A stretch of DNA of 64,000 bases, from positions 1,612,968-1,676,967 of the forward strand of contig CAJFCJ010000009.1 in assembly GCA_904063045.1 (NCBI GenBank). Direction: 5' to 3'. The stretch is from Dimorphilus gyrociliatus (taxonomy: Eukaryota > Animalia > Annelida). Made by a program: the position numbers and the translations under genes. Within the stretch, counting starts at the first letter, position 1. Every line of letters begins with the position of its first letter. The notes under the pieces were generated by a model that did not search any database, had not been told where the DNA came from, and saw only the letters and a program-made list of their open reading frames with translations. Positions 33,101 through 52,437 of the stretch are shown piece by piece.

Positions 33101-36100
33101 TTAGTTAAGTCTGGTGCCTGTGAATGGGATAAAGAGGTTAGATTTTCATTTTTATTATAGTATTACTATATCAACATTTATACTTGTATTTTATTAAATT
33201 AAAGACGTGTTATGAATGGTTTAAAAATGGAATAACTGATTTGGAAACTACACACAAGTCGCAACTACTTCAAACTCATATTGTTAAAATTGAAGCTGGA
33301 AAGTTGAGTTTTAAAGGTTTTGATTGTTTTAAAGAATATTTTCTGCAAGTAAATAAGGATGAGCATAATTTTAAACAGCAAAGTAAATCTTGGGTAAGTT
33401 TGAATACTAACTGCTAAAAGAGTAATTAAATTTTGTTCTAATATCAGGTTGTTGAATATCAAGATATGATATGTAAAGACTATTTGTGGGATATATGTCT
33501 GAACACTCTGGATGATTCTATACTTAACGCTGCTCTCCAATTGCTTATAGACGTGTCTTATTGCAATCTTACGGCAAAACTTAAGTCTAAGCCCAAACTG
33601 TTACATCCAAGATTCATGGAAAACTGCTGGGATCGTTTGAGAGTAAGAATATATAGTTGTTGTATTCTGAAATATTTCAGTATTCCATGTTTATTTATTT
33701 TTAACTAGCTTGCTGGCGTCACCTTAAAATCTGGATCTGTATTAGAGCTTATAACATCAACCACTCAAATATCAGCCGCATTAACTTTGAGAAACGCTGT
33801 TTCGTTGAAAGTATCGTAAGTTTTGATAAAGTTTTAATCTGTTTTATAGAAATACATATGGTATTTTTCTTTTTAGTCCAATCACTTGCCTTCACGTTGA
33901 GCGGATTTTATTAATTGCTGAAGAATATATAAAAGCGGTTGAAGAGTCCTTCACCGGTGAAAGAACATATACCCCACATGGAGCCTCCTATTACGGCTGT
34001 CCTCTTAATGTCATTTGCAATCTTGAAAATCGGGAAGATTTCGTCGTACAAGTAAATTTATTCTTTTTTCTATTTGGTTAATTTTAACGTCAAGTTTTAA
34101 TTAAATAATTTTCTCTCCTATTCAAGGTCCATGCAAATGAGACTATTGGTGAATTTAGACAAAAAATTGTTGACAAATTAGCTGTTAAGATGGAGCAAAT
34201 ACATCTAACAACGAATAGAGCAACTGTTCGTATATTAAAATAAACTTTAAAGTTTTATCACACTAAAGTGATTTTTTCATTTTTTTGAAAATCTAGTTAC
34301 AATTAAGTAAAGATCAACGACTTTTGAATCATCTGGATTTTGCTGATGGACAAATAGTGAATGTCAAAATTAATAGTGTGGCAGTTGCACCGTTTTGGGT
34401 AAGAATAGCTTTTATGTTTTATATAAATTATAATTTATATTCTATATCATTTTTCTTCATCTGATTGTCATTCTATCAACTTAATTTATTTCTTTAATTG
34501 AAATTCTACATTAGAAAAAAGATTTTAACAACTTATTTAAAAGCAACAAGGATAGATATTTCTATAAAATGGTAAATTATCATTTTAATGTATGGCCTTA
34601 AAAATCTTATTTACTTTCAAAAAAGAAATTAATAGAAAGGAAATAAAAACAGATTATTTACCAAGAATATTTACTTTTATTTATTTCATAAATCATTTAT
34701 TCTTATATTTACTAAAACATTTGGGTTTGTACTTGTTTATATAAATACATTATATTTATTTGTAGAAGTCTAATTTTTGCTACTTACTCACCTTAGTAAT
34801 GAAATTTTATAATTGTTATCATTAATAGATATTTAATAGTTTCGACAAGGCTCTAATTTTCTGATCTTATCATTTTTTATTAAAAATTATCATTGTTGCA
34901 TGATATTTAATTAATAACTTTTTCCTCTGCAAAAATTTCATATTCAATATTTTTATTCTTTTAGGATTCAGCCGCAAAACTAGTCGATTGTGACGAAATT
35001 TGTCTTCCTGGAGTACTAATTTCGCAGGATCCATCTGTTTTTGAAGCTCTATATAAGCTAGCCAACAGCGACAATAGAAAGTCTGTTTAATTTTTCTAAA
35101 TAGAAGTTAACTTAATTTTGATAATATTTTTACATAGGATTGCACGTCGAGCTAATAATCTGCTTAAGCTAATCCCAACTGATCCTTCTGTTCTGGAAAT
35201 GTTGGATACAGTTAGTCATTCATCTGTAGTAATGGACACTTCTCAAATGTCTGAAAAGGAAATTGATGAGAAGGATAAATCTTCAGCTGATACATTTAAA
35301 AAATTGTTTGACTTGAAAGCAGAAAATATGTCTTGTTATCGTCTACTTTATAATCTAGAGGTAGTTTATTATTTAATAATATTTATATTTCATTTTGATC
35401 CCATAAATTATTTTCTTCTAGGCCGTTAGTAGCAAGTTGTTACCAACTGCTAAAGATGCAACTATATTACAAAATGCCGATATGTTTTGTGAATCATTTT
35501 TAAATATTGGAGGTGTTCGATGCCTTGTTCATATACTCCAATCAGATTCTATACCGGCTGATGCTGATTATGAAGTACGACAAGGATGCTATATTATAAC
35601 ATTGCAACTACTCAAGTAATGAATTAAATTTAAATGTATAAATGATCATTGTTTAAAAACTTTGTATCTTTTAAAGGTTTTTGTTGAATGGAAATAATTT
35701 TTCTGAGGACGAAAAGGAGTTGTCAACTTTTGCAAGAGATAGAAAAAGTGAAATCGCCTCTAGTTTCGTTCAAAAAATGAACATTACGGATTTTGTTAAT
35801 ATGTTGGAGTGTTTAATGAGAGTGTCATGGGCTGCTGCTGCGGGTAGATTAAGTTTAGCAACAACTGCACAGACAGTAAAAGAATACGGAAGTAGAGGAC
35901 GACAAAGTTCAACTAGTAGTACGGCAAGCTCTGGAAGCGATGCAGATATCACAAATTTACGAGCAGGGGTTTGCTTTAGACAGCCTGGTTTGTATTAGCT
36001 ATCAAACACATTTTTATTTGGTAAATAAATATTGAATTATATTTCCAGACATATCGGCCAATGATGCAATTATAGCTCAAGAAGCACTAGAATTACTAGT

Positions 36101-39100
36101 GACCTGCCTAAGACTCAGAAGCTGTTTGTTAGGTGAATAATTAAAAATTTTAATTTCATATTTACTTAATTATTATACTAAATTTTCATTTTTTTTTATA
36201 GCTTCATTTTATAGTTTGAAAGCCGTTACCGACTATATCATTGAGATGCTTATTGGTTGCTCTATGCAACAAGTGAGACAAAATGCCTGTAAATGGTTTT
36301 TTATACTAAGCCAAATTGACGCTGGTCCGGAAGGTGGTCATCAACAATCAGCTAAGCAATTTATCTTACAGGTAAACTTTATTAAAAGTCGATATAATTA
36401 CATTTTTATCATTGTTACTTCATCATTTATTCAGGTTCTTTTACGAGCTCACCTTCCATTTTGGATTGCTGCCAGTAGTACAAGGGGTTCTAGTCAAAAG
36501 AAGCTTGCTCAGTGTGATGAATTTTTTGAATTGTTATCTCAAGTTTTATACGGATTATCAAGTAAAAAAATAATATTTTATCAAAAAATAGCTATTAGAT
36601 TTAATGTCTTTCTCCTTACTTTCGAACAGGTAAAGAGCAATTTTCTCTGAATATGACAGTATCTTTAAGACTTCAGAGTGAAATTGATTGGATACTAAAT
36701 TTTACTTCTAGTTGTGAAAATTCAGAAATTCAAAAATTGGATAATAAGTTGATATCTGGGCACTTGAATTTAATACGGACATTACTTACTTGCGAAGGGG
36801 TTAACAAAAGAGAAACCGGACAGAAACTTATTAAATTCTTAATTAATAATTTCCTATTTCCTGCATCAAAGCTCATATTATCATCCCCGTCAAAATATTC
36901 TATTAAAAGTGATTCGGAGTATATGCCGGTGTAAGTGTTATTAAATTGACCTATTTATAATTCGACAATTTATTTATCGTATTTACTTTTCACGTTAGAT
37001 GCTCAACAAATCAGTCACGTAGCGCCGCCTATAATCTGTTAATTGAATTAGCTAAAGATTCATTTGAAAACTTTTGTCAAATAAAATGTTTACTAATTCA
37101 ATTACATCATACTCCTCAATCTAGTGATATGTTAGATGAATGGAACGTTAGTATATTCTCCTATTTTTAAATTGATAATTACTTTTAAAGCCTACTCTAT
37201 CTTACATCTTTCACAGTATATGCCAATGGTACAAGGTAGAACGCCTTGTGGTTATGTTGGCCTAAAGAATGGCGGGGCTACTTGTTATATGAATTCAGTT
37301 TTACAACAATTATTCATGATACCTAATGCTGCAGAATCTATTTCGTCAATTGACGATGAAGAAGTCAATAAGGAGAGCATATTACCTGAATTGCAGCATA
37401 TAATAGGCCATTTAACGCACTCGAAATTGCAATATTATTCACCTGAAGGTTTTTGGGAAAAGTTCAAATTATGGGGCAGAACCGTTAACGTAAGAGAACA
37501 ACAGGATGCGTTTGATTTTTTTACTGCACTCTCTGATCAATTAGATGACGCCTTGAAGGTTTTTAAGATACTTTTTTTTTCCTTCATCTCTTTATATAAA
37601 CGTGTGATTTTAATTTTAGAAAATGGGAAGAACAGAAATCTTCAAGAAGAAAATGGGTGGGGAATTCAGCGATCAAAAAATTTGTCAAGATTGCCCACAT
37701 AAATATGAAAGAAATGAACCTTTTCTATCACTCAGCGTTACAGTTAAAAATGCAAGTTTGCAAGATTCATTACAACAGTTCGTTAAGGGCGAGTTGCTGG
37801 AAGGCGATAATGCGTATTATTGTGAAAAATGTGGCGAGAAGGTAAATTTAAGTACCCGATGCATAGTCCTCGAGGTTTTTTCTTTCCTATTTTCAAACTG
37901 AAATCTATTTGCAGCGTAATGCGGTAAAACGAATGTGCATTAAGACTTTACCGAATCTCTTAGTTATTCAATTAAAAAGATTCGATTACGATTGGGAGAG
38001 AAATAGAGCTTTAAAATTTGATGATTATTTCCGATTTCCAAAAGTTCTCGACATGGAGCCTTATACAACCGAAGGCGTTTTAAAAAGGGAACAATTAAAC
38101 TCTAGCGATACGTCTATGGACATAAGCGAATATGATGAAACCGAATCAGGTATAACGTTTGGAGAATGTACGGAAAGTTCTGCCATAAATTACGAACTGG
38201 CGGGTGTTGTAGTTCATAGCGGTCAAGCAAACGCGGGTCATTATTACTCTTTTATAAGAGAGAGACGCAGCGGTTTGGATTTTGTTAGAAATCGAAATCG
38301 ATGGTTTAAATTTAACGATAAAGACGTCGAAGAGGTAGATATGAATGAAGACTTTTTGGAGAGTGAATGCTTCGGTGGAACTTATATCCATAAAAATGGT
38401 ACTTTTCAAGAGGATAGAGTACGTTATTGGAATGCTTATTTGTTATTCTACGAAAGAGTATTTGAAGATGAAGGCTCACCCGTTATTGTGCCGAAAAAGT
38501 CGAAAATCGTTGTATTATCGCCGGACAAAAGAAAGAGTAGTAGTTCGCCAGTAAAAAATAATACAAATTCGAATACGAAAAGGAGAAGCGATAGTTTTGT
38601 AGAACTGACAGAGCTTATACATAAAGGTGAAAAGAAGAGATTATTCTGCGATCTAATGCCAGCTAAAGTATCTCAGGTAATACTAATTTAATAATTCAAA
38701 TTGTAAACTAATAAAATTCATGATAAATCATACTATTGTTTTGAACAGATAATAAGACACGATAATCTAAAATTCTTAAAGAATAGAGATGTTTACGATA
38801 AATGCTATTTTGACTTTATTTACAATTTAGTAAATGAAATTTTCGTAAGTATTAAAAGAGAAGAACGTAATTGTTTTTTCACAATTGAAAGTTGATTTTA
38901 TTCTTTAAATAGAAAACTGCAAAACGTATGGAAAATCAAGAAAATCAAATATATAGGGAATGTCTTAAATTATCGGTTCATTTCTTGTATAATACCTATT
39001 TTAGAACGAAGAAAAACTTGCGAATTTGCACGGAAGACTGGAAATGTTTACTTGAGAATATATTTAGCGCTAGTAAATCATCGTGTACTTGGATGGGTGA

Positions 39101-41020
39101 ATTCTTAACTAACGATACGGATAGATATTTAACGTAATAATTTAAATATTTCTCTTTTATATAAATAATCTTATTTTATTATTTTATAGACCTTTCCTAT
39201 TAAAATGCCCAAGTTCGGATACAAGGCAAATGTATTCAAAAATATTACAGCATTTCGTTTGCTGTTGGTTCAAGCACTCATTGCCATCAATTCAAAGTCA
39301 TTTGGCAATTTTACTTCAAAATATATTAAATCTTTTGGACAAAGAAGTACTAACGCACGCAAAAAATGCTTCAGCTTATTTTGACTTTCTATTCTCTTTT
39401 GTGTCAAATGGAACGAAAGCTTGCTCGTTACTCCATCAGTATGGCGCTCTTAATAAATTAGTTTCCTTTCTTATGGGAGACGCATTATCATCTCCTACGT
39501 TACATAATGGAATTGTAAGTAAAATGAGCAATTTATTTTCGGTACATTTAATTTATAATCGCCCATCGCTTTAGCCATTTTATCGTTATACCATTTTTTT
39601 TAGCCTCCTCTATCGCCTTCTTCGCCTTCCTCACGAACTCGCCGATGGAGTTCAATTCAAGTTAGAGATTTCGAGTATTTGCATTGTATTATTGCTATCA
39701 TTGTTTTACATTACGATGTCCAACCCTATCAAACAGAAGGTCAGTACATCAATTGCAATATAGATTTTTAAAATAACTGTCTAAATTTTTTTTTTTTTTC
39801 TATTTAAAATAAACACAGAAACATCTGGAAAGCAGTATTTTCCATTAAAGACAGCAAAACCACTATTAAGAATGGGTAAAGATATTGTCCAAATAGTATT
39901 TGAAAAACATTCTTCAATATTTATATATGAGGTATTAAAATAGAACTTTCTTTCTTTCTTTTATTTATTTAACTTTGAACATTCTAATATTTATTTCTTT
40001 TATAATTTTTCAACATTTTTTGTTTTTAATTCAGATGTTGATGGGTTTGAAAGATGTTGATCAGGCAGAAAAGGATATAAGAAACATGTTATTATATTGC
40101 TCGTTTTGTAACAAAAACTTTTGGGATAAATTGATGATGCACCTTTTGGTAAGGAGAATTGTTGGAGAGATTTATTATAATTTTTCTTTTTTTATATCTA
40201 TATATATATAGAAACTTCTTTCTGAGGCACCTGTAAATGAATTGAAAAGATTGCTAGTATTATTAGAACACTTGATGAAATTAAAGGACAATTTACAAAT
40301 TGAGAGAATAGTACGCGCACTTGAAGGTTGTGAACCAAAGTATGCCGGAGTATTATCTATAATGAAGGATCATCATGTATCGGAGCCTCGGAGAACTTAT
40401 CAATTAATCAAATGCATAAGTAGGGTGGCTGACGAATGTTATGTTATCCGAAATCAAGTTCAAAATGTTATTCCAAAGTGGCATTGGGCAGTCAATTGGT
40501 TAAAACAAAAGGTTAGAATAATTTACCTACTTATTTTGTTATGTTGCACAACAAAATGTTTATTCTCGTATTAACTCGTTTGTTTCTTTATGCAGATGAG
40601 CAATAAATCATTTGGTGTACTTAGTAATCCTGTAGATTCAAATGAAATGGGTACAGCACGCTCATTTCAAAGAACAGTTAGTGCTCAGGTAAGAATAAAT
40701 AGAAACGCTTTAAACAAACAAACATATAAATAATAAACATTGTCATTTCGATTTCAACCAATCGATGATTATATCAAAAAAAATCGTTTTTTTTCCAGCA
40801 TACTTTAGAGGGTGCCACAGCACTTTTAGAAAGTATTAACGATTGTTCGGATATGGAAGTAAATGATGACGATACAATACCACTAAGCTCACAGAATACA
40901 ATAAGCTCTCTAGATGAAGATAAAGATACAGTAGTACCAATAGGTAGGTATCCATTTATTCATTTTAACTAAGCGTATAAATTATTTAAAATATATTCAG
41001 GTTCTGAAGATTTGGATTGA
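30119..41020 (+). CDS. USP24: Ubiquitin carboxyl-terminal hydrolase 24-like (USP9/24/34 group) with N-terminal UBA domain; ~11 kb, many exons
   Basis: UBA ENVRQLLDMGFPCESSIREALKKAHNDLNQAV; FPATHLYELEGRVFTEQWNIPYKKDESL; Cys box GYVGLKNGGATCYMNSVLQQLF; QQDAFDFF; His box GVVVHSGQANAGHYYSFI; WFKFND; final exon SEDLD* with the stop at 41018-41020. The UBA domain favours USP24 over USP9X. Confidence 0.88.
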
Positions 41021-41574
41021 GTAACGTATTAAATTCTCAGGAAATTTTGGCTCCTGTTTTGTTTTTATGTATAAAGATAAAATAACTACTATTAATCACT
41101 ACAACAACCTTAAAACAAACTACAGCTACTTCTACTCACTGTTTTTTTACGTTCTATGCATAAAAAGGATTGCTTCTTTTCGTGAAACATTTCGTCAACT
41201 ACTCTGTATTTATATACGCTTGTAAATAAGTTTGCAATATGCATATTATATATATATTTATATATATATAGTATGTATAGGTGTATATGTGTATATAAAT
41301 ATGGTTTTTAGGTCAATTTCCTTTTCACTTTTGTGAATATTTGCTTTTTGTTAAACCTTAATATTCAAGAAAAACAAGAAAAATCAACCCAAAAAAAAAA
41401 CAACTTGAAACTGAACTGCATACTTGTAAAATAATGTTTTACCGGTTTTTTTTAATATTAAAATAATTATTAATGATTATTAATATGAAATTATGAAATA
41501 AGCTGTGTAAAGTTATTTTTTTTTTTTTAAAAAAAAGATTAAAATGGTAATTTGCTTTCCTTGATATATAAGAA

Positions 41575-41582
41575 TATATACA

Positions 41583-41615
<33 letters not shown>
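41575..41615. repeat. (TA)n microsatellite preceded by TACAG, in the USP24/TTBK 3' region
   Basis: TATATA-CAG-(TA)16. Confidence 0.9.
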
Positions 41616-41616
<1 letters not shown>

Positions 41617-42030
41617 CAGAATATTTAGGATATGTATAGTATAATCCTTTGTGTATACTTTAAAAATGCAATTGCTTTTTTTTTTATTCATTTTTTATTA
41701 TCATTTTATTACTTTTTATTTTCTTCTTTTTCTTAAAGTTCTTTTTTTAAGTAAAACTTTCAGTTGAATTAATCTTTTTTAAAAGCATAAATTTCGAGGT
41801 GTTTAAGAAATAAAGAGAAACTACAAAAGTTTTATGTAAGTATGATAGTTTGTTTGATAGGTAGTGAGAAAACGAGTGAGAGAGAGAAATGGGCAGGAAA
41901 AAAGATGTATTGATTTGTTTTTCTTTAGTTACATAGACAAGATATTTTCGTTTTTTCTATCTAGTGAAGAGATGCTTGAAAGATAAACTATTCATGCATC
42001 ATTGTTATTAATGCAATCGTTCTCAATGGC

Positions 42031-43263
<1,233 letters not shown>

Positions 43264-43927
43264 TCATATCCTTATTTATATTTTATACAACACTTCTACT
43301 TGTATTATTTAAATAATCGTATTTATATTTATCTTGTTTTGTTTTCTTTTTTTTTTAAATTCTCTATTGTCAATGACAACTCATCCATTCCTATTTTTTA
43401 TGTGGCCTAATTATCTAATTACGGATTATCTTGTTGCACAAGTTTATCTGTGGTTCATTGAAGTATTATGGTCGTCTAATTGCCAATAGGAGTGCGTCGA
43501 TGTTAACAATTTAATCCCAAATGACAAATCCAAGTTCTCGTAAATAATGAAAGATAATGAGAAAGTCATTCGTTATCACTTTTTCTCTAATTTTAATATT
43601 CTCTGATGGAAATCAATAAACTCTGGCTGAGCGAGAGAAAAGTTAGTTTTTAGTATCGCATTTCTAGTTGCTTTTTATTTAATCGTATATTTACAGATGA
43701 TCTTTATAAATAACTTCTCTTTTAGTATTGACAAGTTTATCAATTAAATTTTTTATTCTAGAGCATCGTATAAAAAAAAACACCTATACAGTATTACTTC
43801 GCAAAAAAAAACAAAATCACCAAAATTGTGTGATTGAGCATCGTTAAAACGCGTCAACAGTACATCTAGTAAAATTCTGTAAAACCTTCAAACATCCGAT
43901 GCATATTTGCAGAAAATCGTGTGTACG

Positions 43928-44056
43928 ATATATATATATATATATATATGAATATATATATATGCATACATAATTATACATATACATATATAAATATATA
44001 TAAATATACATATACAGCAAGTAGTTATGTATATATATATTTATTTATATATATAA
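43928..44056. repeat. AT/ATAC low-complexity tract downstream of PKN
   Basis: (AT)11 followed by degenerate AT/ATAC units. It explains the spurious ORF 43921-44196. Confidence 0.85.
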
Positions 44057-44089
44057 ATCAGTTTTTTTTTTGCTATACTATTGAGCCGT

Positions 44090-48858
<4,769 letters not shown>

Positions 48859-49229
48859 GTTTCTGCTCAAATGATCCGCAACGAGATGATTATGACTAAG
48901 TTGTCAAATCAGACACGAAATTTAATTCCATAGATACGAAGGATATATCACTAATTCACAAAGGCAATAAGCTCCTTTAATTTATGGTACTGTCAGAAAA
49001 TGTTGCGGAATTTCGTCGAAATTAACAAGTCTGCCAAGTACAAAAGTTTTGGAACGTCACGTGACAAACGTCAACCAATAAATGACACGCTTACGGGGGC
49101 TAATGAAACATTCTTAATAATTGGTTCGTTGAGTATGTGTAGCAGACGTCTTTGAGATAGATTTGAATGGTCTCAACTCCATCCTCGATTGAACAATTAT
49201 AATATACATATATTTCAAGTAAACTTTAA
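48859..49229. promoter_or_regulatory. Short bidirectional promoter between PKN and MUS81
   Basis: 371 bp between divergent ATGs; palindromic E-box GTCACGTGAC 49056-49065 and CCAAT 49075-49079. Confidence 0.55.
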
Positions 49230-52106
49230 ATGTCTCAACAATTTAAAAAAAAAATAAACCCTAGCCCGAATCCACTTTTTTATCAATGGATTTATGAAAT
49301 GAAACAAGATGCAGTTGCAAAAGGTTGTAAAACTGCGTTTGCGTACGAAAAGGTTATATTTTCGTTCAGTTCTTTTTTGTGCGAATTATAACCAAAGTTT
49401 TAAATTGACCGATTAGGCTTTAAGAAGTCTCAGAAAGTATCCTTTAGTTTTGGAATCAGGAGCCGAATGTAAAATCTTGGATGGTTTTGGTTTGTAGTAA
49501 CTTTACTATCAGGATTTATTATTTTTTATTGCTTTTTGGAACAGGTAGTAAAATTTGTAAAGTACTTGACGAAAAGCTTGCGGACTATGTATCAATCTAT
49601 GGAACAAAAAAGCCGATTGACGGAATTATAACGGCTTCTTACACAATTGGATCGATATCGAGAAAGAGAACTCGCACTAATCCTTCTTATCAGGCAGGCA
49701 CAAGTGATAAAGATAAGAAGGAAGTTGGCGAAATCTTAACTATTGAAGCTAACTTGCCTAACGCAAAAGATACTGAAGATATAAGAGACAAATCTTCAAA
49801 CGATGTGAAGAAAGTAAAACATACCTCATCTGACAAACAATATATTCCTCAAAAAGGATCAGGCGCTTACGCAATATTACTTACCTTATACAACGAATCT
49901 AAGGTTAATAATAGCACAAAATTATATTTTTGAACACCCACTACGAATGACTGTCATAAAATGATAATTAAAAGTGATCTTTTTATATAGCCGAAACAAT
50001 TAGCACAATATTTAATAACCTAATCATACGCCTCTGTATTTATTTAATCTAACAAGTTTTGTAATCCTAAAGAAATAGGCTTAAAAAGCTTTTTCCTCCA
50101 GAAAACTGAATTTCCAGGCTTCCTAAAGAAGGATGAATTAATTGAAAAGGCTCAACCATTATCAACTAAATCATTTATTAGTGTAAATATCTAATTCTTA
50201 ACAAAATTCTTATTATATGGTGGTTTTTTTCCAGTCTGAAAATAGTTCTAGATATACATCATGGTCGTCGATGTCTACTCTTATCTCAAAGAATCTCGTT
50301 GAAAAATTCTCCAATCCAGCGAAATATAAATTAACCGATGCTGGAAAATCTCTTGCTTCAACAATGAACAACTCTTCTGGGGATGATAATTTCGCTAGTC
50401 CATCTTCACTTTCTCCTGCAAAATTTTCGGAAATATCTAATGAATACGAAGATTTTGTTTCACCTATAAGAAATCCAAATTTAAAATCATCTTGTATATC
50501 ATCCAACTCTTTCGACATATCTTCGAATATAAACAACTTTTCATCTACTCCCTTGAACGACGACAAACTCGTGTCAATTTCTCCTGAAAAGTTATCGGAC
50601 AATGACGAGATACAATTTCTTGGGGAAACGTTGAATAGCAGTAAAGGTCACACATCTATACCAATAACAGAAGATATTGAAGTAGTTTGCGTTGAAGACT
50701 GTAAGAAAATTGAAAAAACACGATCTTTTGCTTTTTCCGATTCGGATTCCGATGATTTGCCTGATCTAGATGTATTTATTAAAAGAAAAATTGATAAAAA
50801 CGCCTGTAAAAAACCATCAAAGTCTACAGAAGAAATTTCGTATCACGAGTCATCTTCTTTGGATAGCTATACGAAATTTAATGATAGACAGAAACAAAAC
50901 AGTCCAAAGATAGATGAGTTAAAAATAGTGGAAAGTTCTAAACGTAACCCACTAAAAACTTCATCTTTCACTGATGATTTGGAACCGAAACGGCCTGTGC
51001 AAATATCCGAAACACCACTATTCACGCTAAGACCAAACGAATTTGAAATTATTCTTATAGTTGATAATAGCGAACATTACGGGTAAGTGTTCCAATTTCT
51101 TATCAAATATTTTACCAACGATCTATTCGTTTCCACTAGAAACCAAAAGGAAACTGTTGTAAAGTATCTTGATAGACATAGGATAAGAACGGAATTAAGG
51201 AGCTTGAATGTTGGTGATTTCTTGTGGATAGCTAGAGAGAAAGGTGAGCCAAGAAGGGAAATTGTCCTAGATTATATTATTGAACGGAAACGTATGGACG
51301 ATCTTGCAAAGAGTATCTGCGATGGACGTTATAGAGAACAGAAAGTACAGATTTTTCAATATACTAATTTCTTCAAACTCGTATTAGCTCTTTTTTTTAT
51401 TAAAAGTTTCGCCTTCGTAACTGCGGGATAAGGAATTGTATATACGTAATTGAAGAATATGGATCATCAGCACATTATAGCCTTAATGAAGATGCTTTAA
51501 AACAAGCAATCACCAATACAGAAGTAATTGATAAATTTTTTGTCAAATACACAAAGAATTTAGATGATACGGGCATTTATATATCAGCTATGACTAGATA
51601 TCTACAATCTATGTATTCGGTAAGTGTAGAGATCGGTAAATCTTGTATATTTTCATATTAATATTGCTATTTCAGTCAAAGTTTCTCATAGCCCATTCAA
51701 AGAAATACGTTGAAGCTAACTGTAGTAAATACGATGATAGCGAAGTTTGTCTAATGAATTATAATGAATTTAACGAATTTTCTTTAAAAACTAAACCTTT
51801 GACTATAAAGGAAATGTTTGCTAAACAACTATTACAATTGCATAGTGTTACACCCGAGAAGGCTTTAGCTATTGTTGAAACATTTTCAACCCCTTATAAA
51901 TTTATTAAAACAATTAAATCGTCAAAAAGTGATAAAGAAATTGAAGATATGATATCAAAAATCAAATTTGGTCCAACAAATCGGTAAGTATTTAAAGAAT
52001 TCCTAGTTTATTTGTAATTTATTCATTCAATTATCATCTCTACAGCTGTATAGGAAAATCAATTGCAACTCAACTAAGAATCATTTATACTCACCAATCA
52101 GGTTAA
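49230..52106 (+). CDS. MUS81: Crossover-junction endonuclease MUS81, multi-exon
   Basis: N-terminal HhH PNPLFYQWI...ALRSLRKYPL...ILDGFG; winged helix YIPQKGSGAYAILL; ERCC4 nuclease LNVGDFLW...LDYIIERKRMDDLAKSICDGRYREQK; C-terminal HhH IGKSIA; stop at 52104-52106. Confidence 0.93.
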
Positions 52107-52339
52107 TAAATATTTTACTCCTATTCAAATTTTTAACAAACCTGGTAGGTATATTTTAAAAATAGCCGTGAAATTATTCAAAGGGGTTTTTTTTTGCCCA
52201 TTCAAAATAGATGAATATAGATTTTATAATGAACCATTGTTGTTATTCTTCTTCGTTCAAGAAAGATTTTTAATAGAGAAATATTTCAAAAAAAAAAAAT
52301 AATTGAAAATTTATTGAGAATAAGCATCTTTAATAATCT

Positions 52340-52371
<32 letters not shown>

Positions 52372-52437
52372 AAATTCTAATCTAAAGATAAAATTGACAA
52401 TTTGAACTGATATTTATTACATAAATTATTTCTTTAC

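Noticed and set aside
34399-34964. 566-nt USP24 intron, about ten times the local norm
   Set aside because: Uniformly AT-rich; I could see no terminal repeats, snoRNA boxes or ORF.
49437-49445. GTATCCTTT, a perfect U12-type 5' splice-site consensus
   Set aside because: It lies inside a MUS81 exon encoding the conserved K-Y-P-L; coincidental.
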